64,000 nt of DNA, from NCBI GenBank assembly GCA_013265495.1, contig MU057848.1, positions 1 to 64,000 of the forward strand, in the 5' to 3' direction. The stretch comes from Vicugna vicugna. Its lineage: Eukaryota. The translations under genes and the position numbers were made by a program. The notes under the pieces were generated by a model. It was given only the letters and a program-made list of their open reading frames with translations. It did not search any database and was not told the DNA's origin. Positions within the stretch are counted from its first letter, which is position 1; each line of letters begins with the position of its first letter. Below, piece by piece: positions 1 through 12,108 of the stretch.

Positions 1-993
1 CCTCAGAGGAGGACAACCTAAGACAGGCACAGCCGGCTGGACAAGCTACAGCTTCCGTAGCTCCGGTCCCCAAAAGGGGGAACCGACTTGCCCAAGGTCA
101 TACTGCAAATTAGCACCAACCTTAATCAGAAATAGCGCGGTGAATAGGATGGGGGCTCGTGTGAGGTGTCCCTGATGGCTGATAGCAAAGCCCACACGTA
201 ATGGTGAGTCCACGTGTTTACAGAAGCCACTCGAAGGAACGGACTCGTCACATGTGCAAGACGCCAGAACTTGCTCCCCTCCGCGCAGAGAGCGTTGATG
301 CAAACGGCCTGCACTTCGGAGAGCCTGGGGAAGAGCGAGTCACAGGTCAGATTGGGGCAGGTTTCTCCAGCCCTGTGTGGAGGTGGCGGCACCCTGAGCA
401 GCGGGCTCGGGGTTCCTGGAGGAGGGGTGGCCCAAGGCCAGGGCAGCTCCACGGCCTTTGCTCGCAGAACCATCAGCCGCCTCTGCTTCCATTTTTCTGG
501 TGAAGGTTTGTTGTCTGTGTAGACTTTCCAACGGGAGCAAAGATGCCTCACTGTTTCAGGAATCATTTCTTTGAATGTCGGGCTCACGTACACATGGCCC
601 CTTGAAGACCTCGAGCTGAGATGACCCCACAACGGCCAAGGGACCTGGGGAGGCCACACTCAGCTGCCCGTCCGCCACGTCCATCGGAACCAAGGTGCCA
701 CCCGATTGCAGTCTGGTGCTGTTTGCGCTATCAGGGGGTGCCCTCCCCCCCTCCACTGCCCACGGGGTGGCGCCCACCCACCTGAGCCTGCATGGGGCCG
801 CTTCAAGCCGAAGATGCTCTCTAGTCCCTCTCAGCGCTAATCCCACGAGATGAGGCCCAGTTGCCACCCCAACTTCCCTGCAGTGCATGCCAGCCTCTCT
901 GACATTCCTGAGTGGCCTGGACATGTGTTCCTGCTGGGTTTGTTTGTTTTTTTACAATTGCAATCTGAGGCCCAAGAAAATTAAAAAAAAAAA

Positions 994-1072
994 GGAAGGA
1001 GGATTGAGGGGGAGGGGGAAGGAGGGGGAGGAGGAGTGAGGAGGAGGAGGAGGGAGGGGGAGGAGTGAGGGG
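994..1072 (+). repeat. Purine-rich (GGA/GGGGA) low-complexity tract
   Basis: Almost only G/A, with several G4-G6 runs, directly after a poly(A) run; source of the poly-Pro/Ser text in ORF 821..1108. Confidence 0.9.
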
Positions 1073-1529
1073 TCCAGCAACGTAGTATTTGGCTGTAGTT
1101 TTTGCCATTGGTTGAGATGAATGTCTTCATCTTGAAGAGTTGCCCCTTCGAGTTCCTCCTTTATATCAGCTTCCAGATTATTAACTCTGTTTATTAATGA
1201 CCAACCACGTTGACTGAGTGCCTGCTATGTTCCAGAAACCCCAGGGGACACCAGGCTACATCATCCAGGACAGAACACCCATCACATTTACCGCATAAAT
1301 TCTTTGTTTCACTCTACAACATGCCTTTTTTTTAAATTTTATTTTAATTTTTATTGTGTGGCAGGCATGCTGCCCAGGGCCCAGTTCTTAAATACACAGC
1401 TTTTGCAAATGTGCACAGAGATGTTATCTGACTCTGGGCTAAGATCTGGAACAGATACACTCCGAGAATTCTGGAAGCCTCTCCCCGTTCCCTCCCTAGC
1501 AATATACCAGGGGACACGCCCTGTATTCT

Positions 1530-2800
1530 GTGCATGTGGCTTCTTTTTGCTGCGAGATTCAACCATGGAGTTGTGTGTGCCCTTCGTTTATTCTTTGTTC
1601 TGCTCTGTGGTTTCTGTTCTATGAATACGTCACAATTTATTTACCTAGTCTACTTTTTAATTGAAGTCTAGTTGATCTGTTGTGTTGTGTTCGTTTCTGG
1701 TGTGCAGCATAGTGATTCAGTCATACACATACATATTCTAGTTCATTATAGGTTATTACAAGATATTGAATGGAATTCCCTGTGCTGTACAGTAGGACCC
1801 TGCTGTTTATCTATTTTATATATAATAGTGTGTATCTGCAAATCTCGAACTCCCAATTTGTCCCTTCCCACCTCGTTTTACCCTCTGTAACCATAAGTTT
1901 GTTTTCTATGCCTGTGAGTCTGTTTCTGTTTTGTACATAAATTCATTTCTCTTTTTTTTCAGATTCCACATATAAGTGATATCATATGGTATTCGTCTTT
2001 CTCTGTCTGACTTACTTCACTTAGTATGATTATCTCTAAGTCTATCCATGTTGCTGCAAATGGCATTATTTAATCCTTTTTCATGGCTGAGTAGTATTCC
2101 ATTGTATAAAAATACCACAGCTTCTTTACCCAGTCATCTGTTAATGGACATTTAGGCTGTTAACATTTAGGCCCATGTCTTGGCTATTGTAAATAGTGCT
2201 GCTGTGAACATTGGGGTGCAGGTGTCATTTTGAAGTAGGGTTCCTTCTGGATTTATGCCCAGGAGTGGGATTCCTGGGTCATGTGGTAAATCTTTTCCTA
2301 GTCTTTTGAGGAATCTCCATACTGTTTTCCACAGTGGCTGCACCAACCTGCATCCCCACCAGCAGCTGGGAGGGTTCCCTTTTCTCCACAGCATCTCCAG
2401 CATTTATTGTTCATGGACTTTTGGGTGATGGCCATTCTGGCTGGTGTGGGGTGACACCTCCTTGTGGCTTTGATTTGCGCTTCTTTATCTAGTCTGTTCC
2501 TGATCCACCTTTGTCGTGGCTTCTGTTTTCGGCGATCGTGAAGGAAGTGCTGTGCGTCCTGGTGCACGTGTTCGGGTGGACAGGCGCTGTTGTGGATCTG
2601 AGTGTTTGCTCTGGGAATCAAACTGCTGGACCACAGAGTCAGCTTGGGTTTGGGTAGGACGCTGTTGACAGCTTTCCCGAGTGGCTGCACCAACGTGCAT
2701 CCCGTCCAGCGGAATCTGCGAGATCCAGGTGTACCTTCTTGCCAGTACTTGGCATCGTTAGTCTGTTCAATGGTAACCGTTCTGATGTGTTTACAGAGGA
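1530..2800 (-). mobile_element. Ancient L1M-type LINE-1 fragment (ORF2 C-terminus region), split by a younger L1 at 1654-2483
   Basis: Segments 1530-1651 and 2484-2800 read as one continuous degenerate antisense L1; ORF 2298..2849(-) contains WTGCTLVQPLGKAV, matching the L1 ORF2p motif CKLVQPLWK. Confidence 0.7.
1654..2483 (-). mobile_element. 5'-truncated LINE-1 (3' UTR plus ORF2 C-terminus)
   Basis: T-rich tail at 1654 followed by antisense L1 3' UTR; ORF 2167..2403(-) [51 protein letters not shown] is the ORF2p C-terminal region; probable TSD tttacctagtct (1640-1651) / tttatctagtct (2484-2495). Confidence 0.95.
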
Positions 2801-3451
2801 ATCCGGCTATGGGTTTAGCTGCCCTTCCCCGATGACTCACACCCCTCACAACCGCATAAGCGGATATTCTGGTTTCTACGCCTGACTCTCGGGAATTTAA
2901 TTCATCCGAAATTCTCCTCGATCAAGTCAGTTTTGGATCCCAGGAATAGGGCGGTTTCTTCTTGAAAAGCTGAGGATGAGACAGACCCTGGAGGAGACGG
3001 AGTTCCAAGGGCCAGGTAAACCGGGGAGGCTGCACACAAGGGCCCGTGCACCGACCCCGCGGGTGTAACTTTCCCTTTTCCAGAACGGTGCTGTGCTGTT
3101 GGGTGTCTAACCTCTGAGCCCCGTCCTTTCCTTGCCTCATTCTGAAACACGTGGTCCCTGGACACTGGCCTGTGACTTCTGGGCATCCTCTCCTCCTACC
3201 GGCCCTCCCTACCACGTGCCCTCCCCTGTTCTACTGACACAGCAATGGGAAATAAAACTGGAAAGCCATGTGGCCCAGGGGAAGCTTATTTCCAGTTCTC
3301 AACGACCGTCACTGCACTGGTCATCCGACGGTGAATGCATTCTTTGCCATGTGCTCCATCTCCGTGGTCCATGGTGCACAGTGTCCCGATCTCCCGGCCC
3401 CCAACCACCCATTCATCATTTCCTTCGCCTGCACTTAGGGCCACTGTCAGT

Positions 3452-3546
3452 CCTAACCCTAACGCCTAACCGTAATCCTAACCCTAACCCTACCTCTACC
3501 CAAACCCTAACCCTAACCCGAACCCGAACCCCAACCCTAATCCTAA
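3452..3546 (+). repeat. Degenerate interstitial telomeric repeat (CCCTAA)n
   Basis: About 16 hexamer-like units: CCCTAA mixed with CCGTAA, TCCTAA, CCCTAC, CCCGAA x2 and CCCCAA. Confidence 0.85.
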
Positions 3547-3784
3547 TTACCTTTACTCCCAGGCCCTGATGCCTTGAACTATGAAATAATATGTCTAGTT
3601 TTCAAGATGAAACTTGAATTTAAAAAAAAAATTGAGGACTAAGCAAATTCTGGTTTTTAGCCAAAATATATATGTGTGTCTAAACAAAAAAAGTGTTTGC
3701 AAGCTGGAACCTCAGTGGCAGCCTTGTGGGGTGTGGGATGGATGCCAACCAGCTGAATTCATACTTTGGCATTCCAGCCAAGAT

Positions 3785-3850
3785 TTCATTTGAAAATATA
3801 CATTTTTTCATTTGAAAATATATATTTTTCACTTGAAAATACATATTTTC
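3785..3850. repeat. AT-rich tandem repeat, about 3 x 21-22 bp
   Basis: Unit tttca(t/c)ttgaaaata(t/c)a(c/t)attt occurs three times. Confidence 0.8.
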
Positions 3851-4124
3851 TGCTAAATAGGGTTTTAAACAATTTTTCAACAAATAAAAGTTCTCAACAA
3901 TGGGGTTCATATGTTATCACACAAGTTGTCAACTCCAGAACAATGAATATATATATTCTGCAGAGCGTGCCTGCACAGAGATGCCCCATGACTATGTTTT
4001 AGTCTGTTTGATTCTTCCAATAAAAAGAAAACGAACAAAAATTGTGTTGGTCTAATAGTCTGGCTGGGACCTTTTGAGGATTTGCGAAAAAGGAAGATAT
4101 TCTCTGTGTAAAAAACACACGCCT

Positions 4125-4285
4125 GGTGGAGAAGATTTGGTCAAGGAGTGGAGCACATGCTTAGCATGCATGAAGTCCTGGGTTCAATCTCCAGTAACTT
4201 CTCTAAAAAAGAAAAAAAAGATTAAAAAATAAGTAAACCTAATTATCTCCCCCTCCAAAATAATTTTAAAAAATAATACAAAAAT
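4125..4285 (+). mobile_element. tRNA-derived SINE (camelid vic-1-like), diverged
   Basis: gagcacatgcttagcatgcatgaagtcctgggttcaatctccag (B box GGTTCAATC), A-rich linker, aaacctaattatctcccc tail motif shared with the other copies. Confidence 0.85.
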
Positions 4286-4682
4286 GCATGTCTCTTTGGC
4301 CATTAGCATCCTCTGAGAAATCATGGTGTCAGCGCAGACACGGTGTCCCGAGCAGAGACCCCGGTGGGGCGGAGGACATCACCGTGTGCTTTTCTGGCTC
4401 ATTCCCCAAGAAAACATCCCGTGCCTCCCGTGTCCGTCCCCAGGTCCCTGAGAGGGTGTGCTGGCACTGGACTGTGCGGCTGGAAGGACAAATTCGTCCC
4501 TTCCTTCATCCCTGGGCTGGTCCCGAGGCACCAGTGGGCGTGGTGATGGCTGGATGCTGCTGGACAATCTCTTGTCCCAGGAGCGTCCCATCCCTGTCCC
4601 CTGCCCTCAATCTTGGCCAGATCAGCCTCATCCTTTTACCCCTCCCTTCTTCCTTTCCCCACTCCTGTCTAATTTTCTTTTC

Positions 4683-4905
4683 TTTTTTTCTAATTGCAAA
4701 TCTAGCTGATTCACAACATTGTGATAATTTCAGGTGTACAGCCCAGTGATTCTGTATTTTTGCAGATTACATCCCATCCAACGTGATCACAAGGTACGGG
4801 CCCGAATTCCCTGTGAAATAAACCCTCGTGGCTCCTCTCCTATAGCTAATGGTCCGCCCCCCGTGAACCCCACGCCCCTCAGGGGTCACCCTCCCCTCCG
4901 GTAAT
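4683..4905 (-). mobile_element. Older LINE-1 3' UTR fragment
   Basis: Poly(T) then taattgcaaatctagctgattcacaacattgtgataatttcaggtgtacagcccagtgattc, similar to the other antisense L1 3' ends in the window. Confidence 0.7.
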
Positions 4906-5904
4906 GTGTGGGCACCTGGTTACTCAAGGCCTCCACGTGGCCTCTGAGCTGGCAGCTCTCCTGGAAAAGCTGCTCCCTGCCTTCTGCCCCTCCTGTCCCT
5001 CCCAGTGGCCTGTGACCAGGTGAGCCGAGCTCCAAGGTGCGTCAGGGCCCCAGGAACGCCGCCCTGCCGTGTCCAGGACCCAAGGACTGTGCACAGTCAC
5101 CTGCTCCCTCCTTGGCATCCACAGACGCGCCCTTCAACTCCTGTGGATGTTTACCGTTTAGGCAAACACAGTGAGTAAACATGGGAGGTCTGACTCACGG
5201 ATGCAATGGCCTTTCCTCTTTTAAACGTTACCAGTTTCCAAGTCTCCCTGCTTGTGGTGACGCCGCCACATGGGACATACATGAACCCCGGGTGGAGACA
5301 GCCCACGAGGCGCCACACGGCCTCCAGTGGGAAAAGCCCTAGGACGCCTGACTTTCTAACCTAATAATAATTCATTATTTTATCAGATTTGCTTAAAACA
5401 GGGAAACACTACTCTGTATTGTCCCCTGGTGGTGAATGGTTGCAAACGCAGCCACCTGGCACGTCCAGATCCGAATTTGTATTTAAAGTTCAAGGGTTTT
5501 ATTCTGCACCTGGTGTTGACAACGTCCATCGCGGCTAACCTCGCAGCACCATTGCGGATGTGAAGTCAGGATGCACACGAGGGTCAGGGAACGTTTGCTA
5601 ACGGGCTCTTGCTGGTCTGTCCAAGCGGCCCCCCGGCATGTGACTGTCACCTGCTCCGGGAGCTCAGCCCGGCCACACCGGCCCCTCCCGCCTCCCTGAT
5701 GGCGCCAGGAGTGCCCTGGCCACCTGCCTTTGCGTCGCCGGTCACAGTGCTGCATGTGTTCCTGCTCTTCCTTCCAGCTGCCTTCTCAGAGGCATCTTCT
5801 TCAAGCATTTAAAATTGCACTTCCTAACCTCCCTCCCCAGTGTTGCATTTAAAATTGCACTTCCCAGTGTTGCTTTTTGCTCTGGCATGTTAGTAATGCA
5901 TTTA

Positions 5905-6253
5905 CTCATGGCGATGACCTGTGTCCACCCTCCCCGCCAGATTCACACGTTGAGGTCTGAACAGGACCGGATGAGGAGACAGGGGCTCCACAGAGATGAC
6001 CAGGTAAAAACCAGGGCTCGCGTGGGCCCTAAACCACCATGACCGGTGTCCTTGTAGGAAGGGGGACATTGACACACACACAGGGGACACGGGAGAAGAC
6101 GGCCATCTGCAAGCCGAGGGGAGTGTCCTCAGGGGAGCCCAGCCCTGCTGACTCCTTGAATCTCAGACTTTTGGGGTCCAGAATTCTGAGACAATACGTT
6201 TTTGTTGTTTAAGCCCTGTGGCTCTTTGTTACTGCTGTCCTGGCAAACCAACA
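5905..6253 (+). mobile_element. MaLR solo LTR (MLT1A/B-like)
   Basis: Typical MLT1 motifs: gtgggccctaaaccaccatgaccggtgtccttgtag, gagaagacggccatctgcaagcc, cagccctgctgactccttga..cagact..ccagaattctgagacaata..ttgtttaagcc; ends in ACA. Confidence 0.85.
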
Positions 6254-6651
6254 GGCTTATTCATTACTTCTGTCACCCTCATAGGGTGTCAGCTCCGAGA
6301 AGCCAAGATTGAAATGGTTCCGATCAGCGCTGTGCGCCCCCCAGGACTGGAGCCCCCTGAGGTAGCAAGACAGACTCCATCAGTCTCTGCTGAGGAAGTG
6401 ATCCAGCTCAAGTGTGAAAAGTTAACACTTCTCTCAGCCATCCACGGCTTTCTTAAAAATTACTTTTTAACTTACGTTTGTTAATTATTATCAAACTGTT
6501 CCATTATTATCTTAACGCAACACATGTAACTTAAACTGTATGTATCGTCCCATGGGAAAGCTGGAATGGGCCACCTCCTCATTATGGTCTCAGAAAGCGT
6601 TGCTCGAAATGAAGCCACAGGGTCGAAGAATTTGTCCACTATGACATTTCT

Positions 6652-6814
6652 AATTGACTTTTAAAAATTTTGTAATTTTAAAATAATTCTGAAATTTAAA
6701 ATTAAATTTTGTGAGCGAATTTAAAATACCTTGAAATTGAAAATTCCGAATGGAATTTCAATTAAATTTTAAAATTTGAATTAACTTTTAATATTTGAAT
6801 TGACTTTTAAAAAT
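6652..6814. repeat. Degenerate AT-rich minisatellite (about 19-bp unit)
   Basis: Identical 17-mer aattgacttttaaaaat at 6652-6668 and 6798-6814, with decayed ttgaatt(a/g)acttttaa units between. Confidence 0.7.
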
Positions 6815-7025
6815 GATATGTCTTTTTATTTTATAATAAAAGTAATATGTTACCATTGTTTCAAGGTTTTAAAGTACAGACCAGTGAGAAAGCAGAGAAA
6901 ACGACAAATGAAAAATGATGTGTCTGTAAATACATTGTGACATGTTTCTATTTTAAGTTTTTAGTATTTAAGAATGAATAAACAACTGAGCTGTACTTAA
7001 TTATGAATAAATAGATCTGTGCAAC

Positions 7026-7150
7026 TTTTTTTTTTGATGGGGGAGGAGGTAATCAGGTTTATTTGTTTATTTTAATGGAGGTACCGGGCATTGAACCCAG
7101 GACCTCATGCATCTAGGCACACACTCTGCCCCTGAGCTACACCCTCCCCC
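7026..7150 (-). mobile_element. tRNA-derived SINE (vic-1-like)
   Basis: Poly(T), then antisense body ...attgaacccaggacctcatgcatctaggcacacactctgcccctgagctacaccctccccc; TSD tgtgcaa at 7018-7024 and 7151-7157. Confidence 0.92.
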
Positions 7151-8949
7151 TGTGCAATAACCTTGAATGTCAACTATCCTTGCAAAAGGAGAGACGGAAA
7201 GAGAGTCCCCTTTATGATTTCCTCTATTTTTGCATGTTTAGGAATGTCCATGTTGAAAGTAAGACACAAGAGGAGAAAGAAAGAAAGAGATGTCTGGAAG
7301 GAGGGTGGCTGGATTGCGTGTGGGCAGCCCTGGGTGAATGTCAAGGCCTTGGTGGATGTTGACGTCTGCATCTGCTTGGACCTGTGGGGAGCAGGAAACT
7401 CCAGACTCCAGCTGCTTCTCCAGAACACAGGTCACACCAGGCACAGCCCACCGGGGTGACACCGGTGGGGCCCACCTGGTGGGATCTCAGGGAGGCAGCC
7501 GGGTGCTTAGAGGACGGGGGCCACAGCATGAGGAGCCACTGACATCTAGTGGTCACGCAGACAAACCACAGGCCTGGGGACAACAGAGCTCTGGGAAAGT
7601 GGACCAGGGCAGGTCCAGTGGGACAGGCCCGCCCGCTGGCCTCCTCCCCTGGGATCCTGGTCTTCCAGGTCGAGGGCCCACTGAGAAGCACCACCTGCAT
7701 CTGCGCATGAACCCCCTGCAGGTCGACACAGACGCTGAGTCCCCTCCCAGGAGCAGAGGCAGGCCAGTGTGGGCCCAGGGAGGGAGGAAATAGCTAGTGT
7801 TCCCAGAGTCGCGGAGCCAAGTGCCTCGCAGATGGAGTGACGGGCGAGCAGTAGACCAGCAGCGAGAGACTTCAAGTCTGTTTCAGAGCAGGCGATAAGC
7901 GAGTTGCAGATAGCACAACTGAACCTATTTAATGATGTGACTCCTCGACTCACGCTCTCAGTCCTTTCCTGACTCTGCAAACACAAACGTGCCTTGTTCG
8001 GTCAGCGGGACGTTGAGTAGTTTGTATATTCGAGTAGAAGTAATTCCTCAGGGGACAATTCCGAAGCACCAGCAAATTATTTCTCCCTCCACTTTCCAAT
8101 TCCAGTCTCATGGTCCCAGTAGGATGGCCTCAGCGACACTCAGTGCAACTTCCCGGAGCCCCTCTGTCCACCGCAGGGCCGGACGATGGTCTGGAGACTT
8201 AATTTTCCTTTGCCTCTTTATCTCTCCTGAGACCATGCATTCCTGCTACACTTTCTGCTTTCCTAACTTCCCATTTTCCAGCCTTCAAAAACCATCGCCT
8301 CCCTAATTATCCCCCCAATGGCCATTATCCTAGAGCCGCCCAGACATCACGTCCTTACTGTTAACAAAACAATGAATCACCTGTGCACTCCAGAAGGCAC
8401 CCAACTCAACCAATGTCTGTAGTTACTACAGCATTACAAACACATTTTTTCCTAGGAAACCCATCCACTCACGCATATGAAAATGTCCCCCTTGATTAGC
8501 TCTTTTCTACCTTCAAGTGTTAGCGTGGTGAGGCCTTCGTTGACCAGTTGACCTAAATCAGAGTTTCTACTAAATGCTCTGTTTCTATTCTATTTCCACG
8601 GAGCACTTAATTGTACCCAACAGTTGATTTAGGGCTGAAGATCTGCTCAGTTCACTCTGTAATCCAGTCTCCTGTGATAAACTGAATTCTTCATGTAAAC
8701 AGATTTCTTTAAAAATCTTCAAACTATTGTCATAGGCAACCCCTGAATATTTTTTTTCTTTATTCTAAATAGCTGATGTAGCTTCAGGGCCTCTTAATAA
8801 TTTGCGTCTTCCTCTGTTTCCATAGACGTCTGCGCAGACCTCCGCATGGAGCGGTAGAATGGAATTTTCCATTATTATGTGATGTTCCTTCTCTGTGCTC
8901 TGCTTTTCCACAGGGTGCCAGAGAATGCCTGCTTCTCACTAAATTTCCA

Positions 8950-9150
8950 CGTGTTGCCCCACCTTCTTTCCCAGATCTCAGGCGGTCAGGCAGGGCTGTA
9001 TGAATAATTCTGGCCAGTGGGCTGTTACCGGAATGTAGTGTCTTTTCCAGGTCAAATCTTTTAAGAGTTGATGCCTTTCTCTCAAGATCTGTCTTGCTCT
9101 GCATTGGTGATGACCTCCAGAGGCCATGTGTTGAGACGGATGGTCAGTGG
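8950..9150 (+). mobile_element. Old MaLR LTR fragment (MLT1H/I/J-like)
   Basis: cttctttcccagatctcaggcggtcaggcagggctgtatgaataattctggccagtgggctgttaccggaatgtagtg resembles the MLT1 core motif. Confidence 0.5.
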
Positions 9151-9616
9151 TGTGCTGGTCAACGCTTAAAAACTGGGGGGACAAAATCAGCACGCTTGGT
9201 GACATTTGCTAATTTCATGGTATCAGCACTCCTGCCAAGGCCAATTGCATTTTATCCTTGGTCCCTCTGTTTGCCAGTGGGCAACGTGCAGACTCCAAGT
9301 TCAAAGTCTTTATTATCTGTGTTTCTCTAGCTGTAGTGACCCAAGGCCCTACTTCGTTAATGGAAAATACAAGTGAGTGATGCAACAGTTGGGTGTCAGC
9401 GAGGCTGCTGGTCGGGAAGGGGTGGGTGGAGAGCATGTGGCACTTTGAGCCATAATTTTTCCACTAAAAATTAGCCTTAGAAGCTTGGGGGATCTTTGGC
9501 TCCTCCACAGGGAGGGAGGAATGACGCCAGAAAAGCAAACTACAATACTAAAGTTTTATGTAGCTCTTCATGTGATGGTTGAAATTTCCAGTTTATTCCC
9601 TTTGGAAATGACCATA

Positions 9617-9830
9617 TTCGTTCGTTCATTCATTCATTCTATAACATTTGTTGAACAATGGTCATATGCCAGGTACTGTTTTATGCTTGGGGATCCCAGG
9701 TGGCTGAGATCTCTTGTCTCAAGGATGCGGATTAGCAGGTAAATTAGCAAATAAGATAAGTTTAGACGCTGCTGGGTGCTGAACAGAAACCAAGCAAAAG
9801 GCTGCTAGGGAGAGTGGCCGGAGGGAGTTG
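9617..9830 (-). mobile_element. L2 (LINE-2) 3' end relic
   Basis: ttcattcattcattc followed by aacatttgttgaac..atgccaggtactgttttatgcttggggat, the classic antisense L2 3' end. Confidence 0.75.
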
Positions 9831-9840
9831 GTATTGCCGC

Positions 9841-10580
9841 ATGGTTCTGGAGGCTAAAGTCCATGTTTAAGTTATTGGCTGAGCTGCTTCCTTCTAAGGA
9901 CCGTGAAATAGAATTAGTTTCACGCCCTTTACCTGGCTTCTGGTGGCTTGCTGGCCACCTTCGGCATTCCTTGTCCTGCTAAAGCATCACCCCGTCTCTA
10001 CCTTCATCTTCGCCTGGTGCTCTGTGTGTGTGTGTCATGTGTGCAAATTTCCCCTCTGTATAAGAACACGTCACATTGGATTATGGTCAAATCTAATGAC
10101 ATCATCTTTTTTTTTTTTAATTGAAGTGCAGTCAGTTACAATGTGTCACTCTCTGGTGCACACCACAATGTCCGAGTCATGCAGATACACACATATATTC
10201 ATTCTCATATTCTTTTTCATTAAAGGTTATTACATTACATCTTTTTAAAAATAGAGATTCTAAGATGGAGTGGCTGGAAGATTATGTCTTTTTCCCAGTG
10301 GTCAAGTGGCTAACATTTGCAAGTCTCAAACTCCCAAATTTATCCCTTCCCACCCCCTTTCCCCCAGTAGCCAACCATAAGATTGTTTACTATATATGCA
10401 AGTCTGTTTCTGTTTTGTAGATGAGGTCATTAGTGTCCTTTTTTTTCTTCTAATGACTTCATCTTAATTTAATTAGTTATAACTGCAAAGACCTTTTTTC
10501 CAAGTAAGGTTGCATTCTGAAGTCCTGGTGGTTAAGGCTTCCCTGTATGAGTTTTGGAGGAACTCAGTTCACCCTATGAT
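9841..10580 (-). mobile_element. MaLR solo LTR (MLT1C-like), interrupted by an L1 at 10109-10448
   Basis: gttctggaggct..., ctggcttctggtggcttgctggccaccttcggcattcctt, tataagaacac..cattggatta; resumes after the L1 with ctgcaaagacc..tttccaagtaaggttgcattctgaagtcctgg. Confidence 0.85.
10109..10448 (-). mobile_element. 5'-truncated LINE-1 3' UTR (younger, camelid-type)
   Basis: Poly(T) plus ttgaagtgcagtcagttacaatgtgtc; 17-bp TSD tctaatgac(a/t)tcatctt at 10092-10108 and 10449-10465. Confidence 0.92.
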
Positions 10581-10599
10581 GGGAAGTTAATGCAAATGG

Positions 10600-10728
10600 G
10601 TCTCATTTTGTGGTGAATGAAACATTATAAAACTGGATTGCGGTGATGGTTGCACAGCTTGAATTAGACACTCTAAATGGGGAAGTTTATGGTCATGCAA
10701 ATTAGATACAAATAAAGCTGTTAACAAT
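10600..10728 (+). mobile_element. Ancient L1M 3' end fragment
   Basis: aaaactggattgcggtgatggttgcacagc..taaatggggaagtttatggtcatgcaaattagatacaaataaagctgtt, a typical L1MB/MC terminus. Confidence 0.7.
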
Positions 10729-12108
10729 TATTTTTATTAGTGCCCCAAGGTGCTTTTGCTTTCGTGGTGTAATAAAACTTGGAAAAGATTTCAAGGATTG
10801 CCAAGTTCTTTTCCAATGGAAAGTACTGACATTTATTGCGGGGTGACCCATCTTTCCTTGTACGGAAAGTGCTACTGATGGCATGGTTGGTTTTTGTGTT
10901 TTCATTGAAATACGGTTGGTTTAAAATGTTTAAAAAAAAAAGCGAAAAAACAACTGTGCACGTGCTGATGGCTTCTCCATCCCTGGCAGAACTCACATGC
11001 GCACCCACGTTTTGGAGGTTGAAGCTTTATGGTTTTCCACTCTAATGCCTTGCCTTTTATGGTTGGAAAACAAACCAGCCATCTTTTGAAAATTGAGGGG
11101 AAGTGTGGTTTAGCAGACGCGTCCTGGGACTGGACAGCGACTGTCCCTTAATTGTCAGTGGTAAGCATTTCGGTATTAGTTTAAAATCCTGTGAGGATCA
11201 GAAGCCTGTGTTTCCTTCATCTCATACACTTCGTCATAGTCCCTCAAATTTGCCGCCATGTGTTTCGATGTCCTGGAGAAAGACTGCTGGCTTAGGAGGT
11301 CCATGTTCCCCCAATTGGCTGCTGCCACGTGCGCATCCCATGACCTCTCATTGCCTTGGTGACCGCTGCGGTCCGGTCCAGCATTGGCAACCGGTCACGG
11401 GCCAGTTCACAAGCATCGCCCCTGTGGGCCCACGTCCTCCGGACCTTTCTGGGGGAGCTGGCACTTGCATGTGTCACCTGGTGTCCCCAGGCGGGAGTGT
11501 CCCGACATCCCTGCCACATGGCTGCCCGTCCGCCATCTGTCACCTTCTTTTCCGCGGCGTATTGAGTCTCAGTACCAAGTCCTTTCACGGCTACGGGGTG
11601 CAGGAGAGATTCCTGTCGCCTGCCAGTGCCTGTAGCCACTGGGTGTCACTGCTGGACCACAGAAAGCCTGGGATCCCTTCCCCAGACCTGCACACAGCGC
11701 AATTATAGCTTCAAATACTGTCCCACTTGTTAATGCATAATCCTTTGTTCAACAACATCCTTTTCTAAACCACCAGGACTGGACGTCTGATGGTACGAAG
11801 GATGCTCTGGTGGAGCTTAATTATTCGGACAGAACCTTAAGAAGGATTAATCTTTTCTTCTCTGAAGTGGGTAAACAGACTGGGGATTACAGTGGTTCCT
11901 CATCTCTATTTTTCAGGTCTTCTAAGACATCCTGCGGGACCTACTTAACTCTGGGGGCTTAAAAATGAACGGATTTAAAGCAGCGAAAAATAAAATGATT
12001 CTTAAGTGACGTCCTGATAATCCTTAATTAATGAACTCCTTTAATTGTTACTTCTCCTCTGTTTTCTGGAAACCTGTTGTGAGAAATGGAACCTCATTCC
12101 AGGCATGG

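Noticed and set aside
3435..3460. TTAGGG facing (CCCTAA)n, suggesting a telomere fusion scar
   Set aside because: Only one TTAGGG unit on the left; indistinguishable from chance.
7790..7990. Peptide-like frame ..DFKSVSEQAISELQIAQLNLFNDVTP..
   Set aside because: Short, bounded by stops, no recognisable homology or convincing splice sites.
11103..11708. 201-aa ORF in a CpG-rich patch
   Set aside because: Non-ATG start, Pro/Ser/Gly/Cys composition typical of GC-rich non-coding DNA, overlapping ORFs on both strands, no recognised domain.
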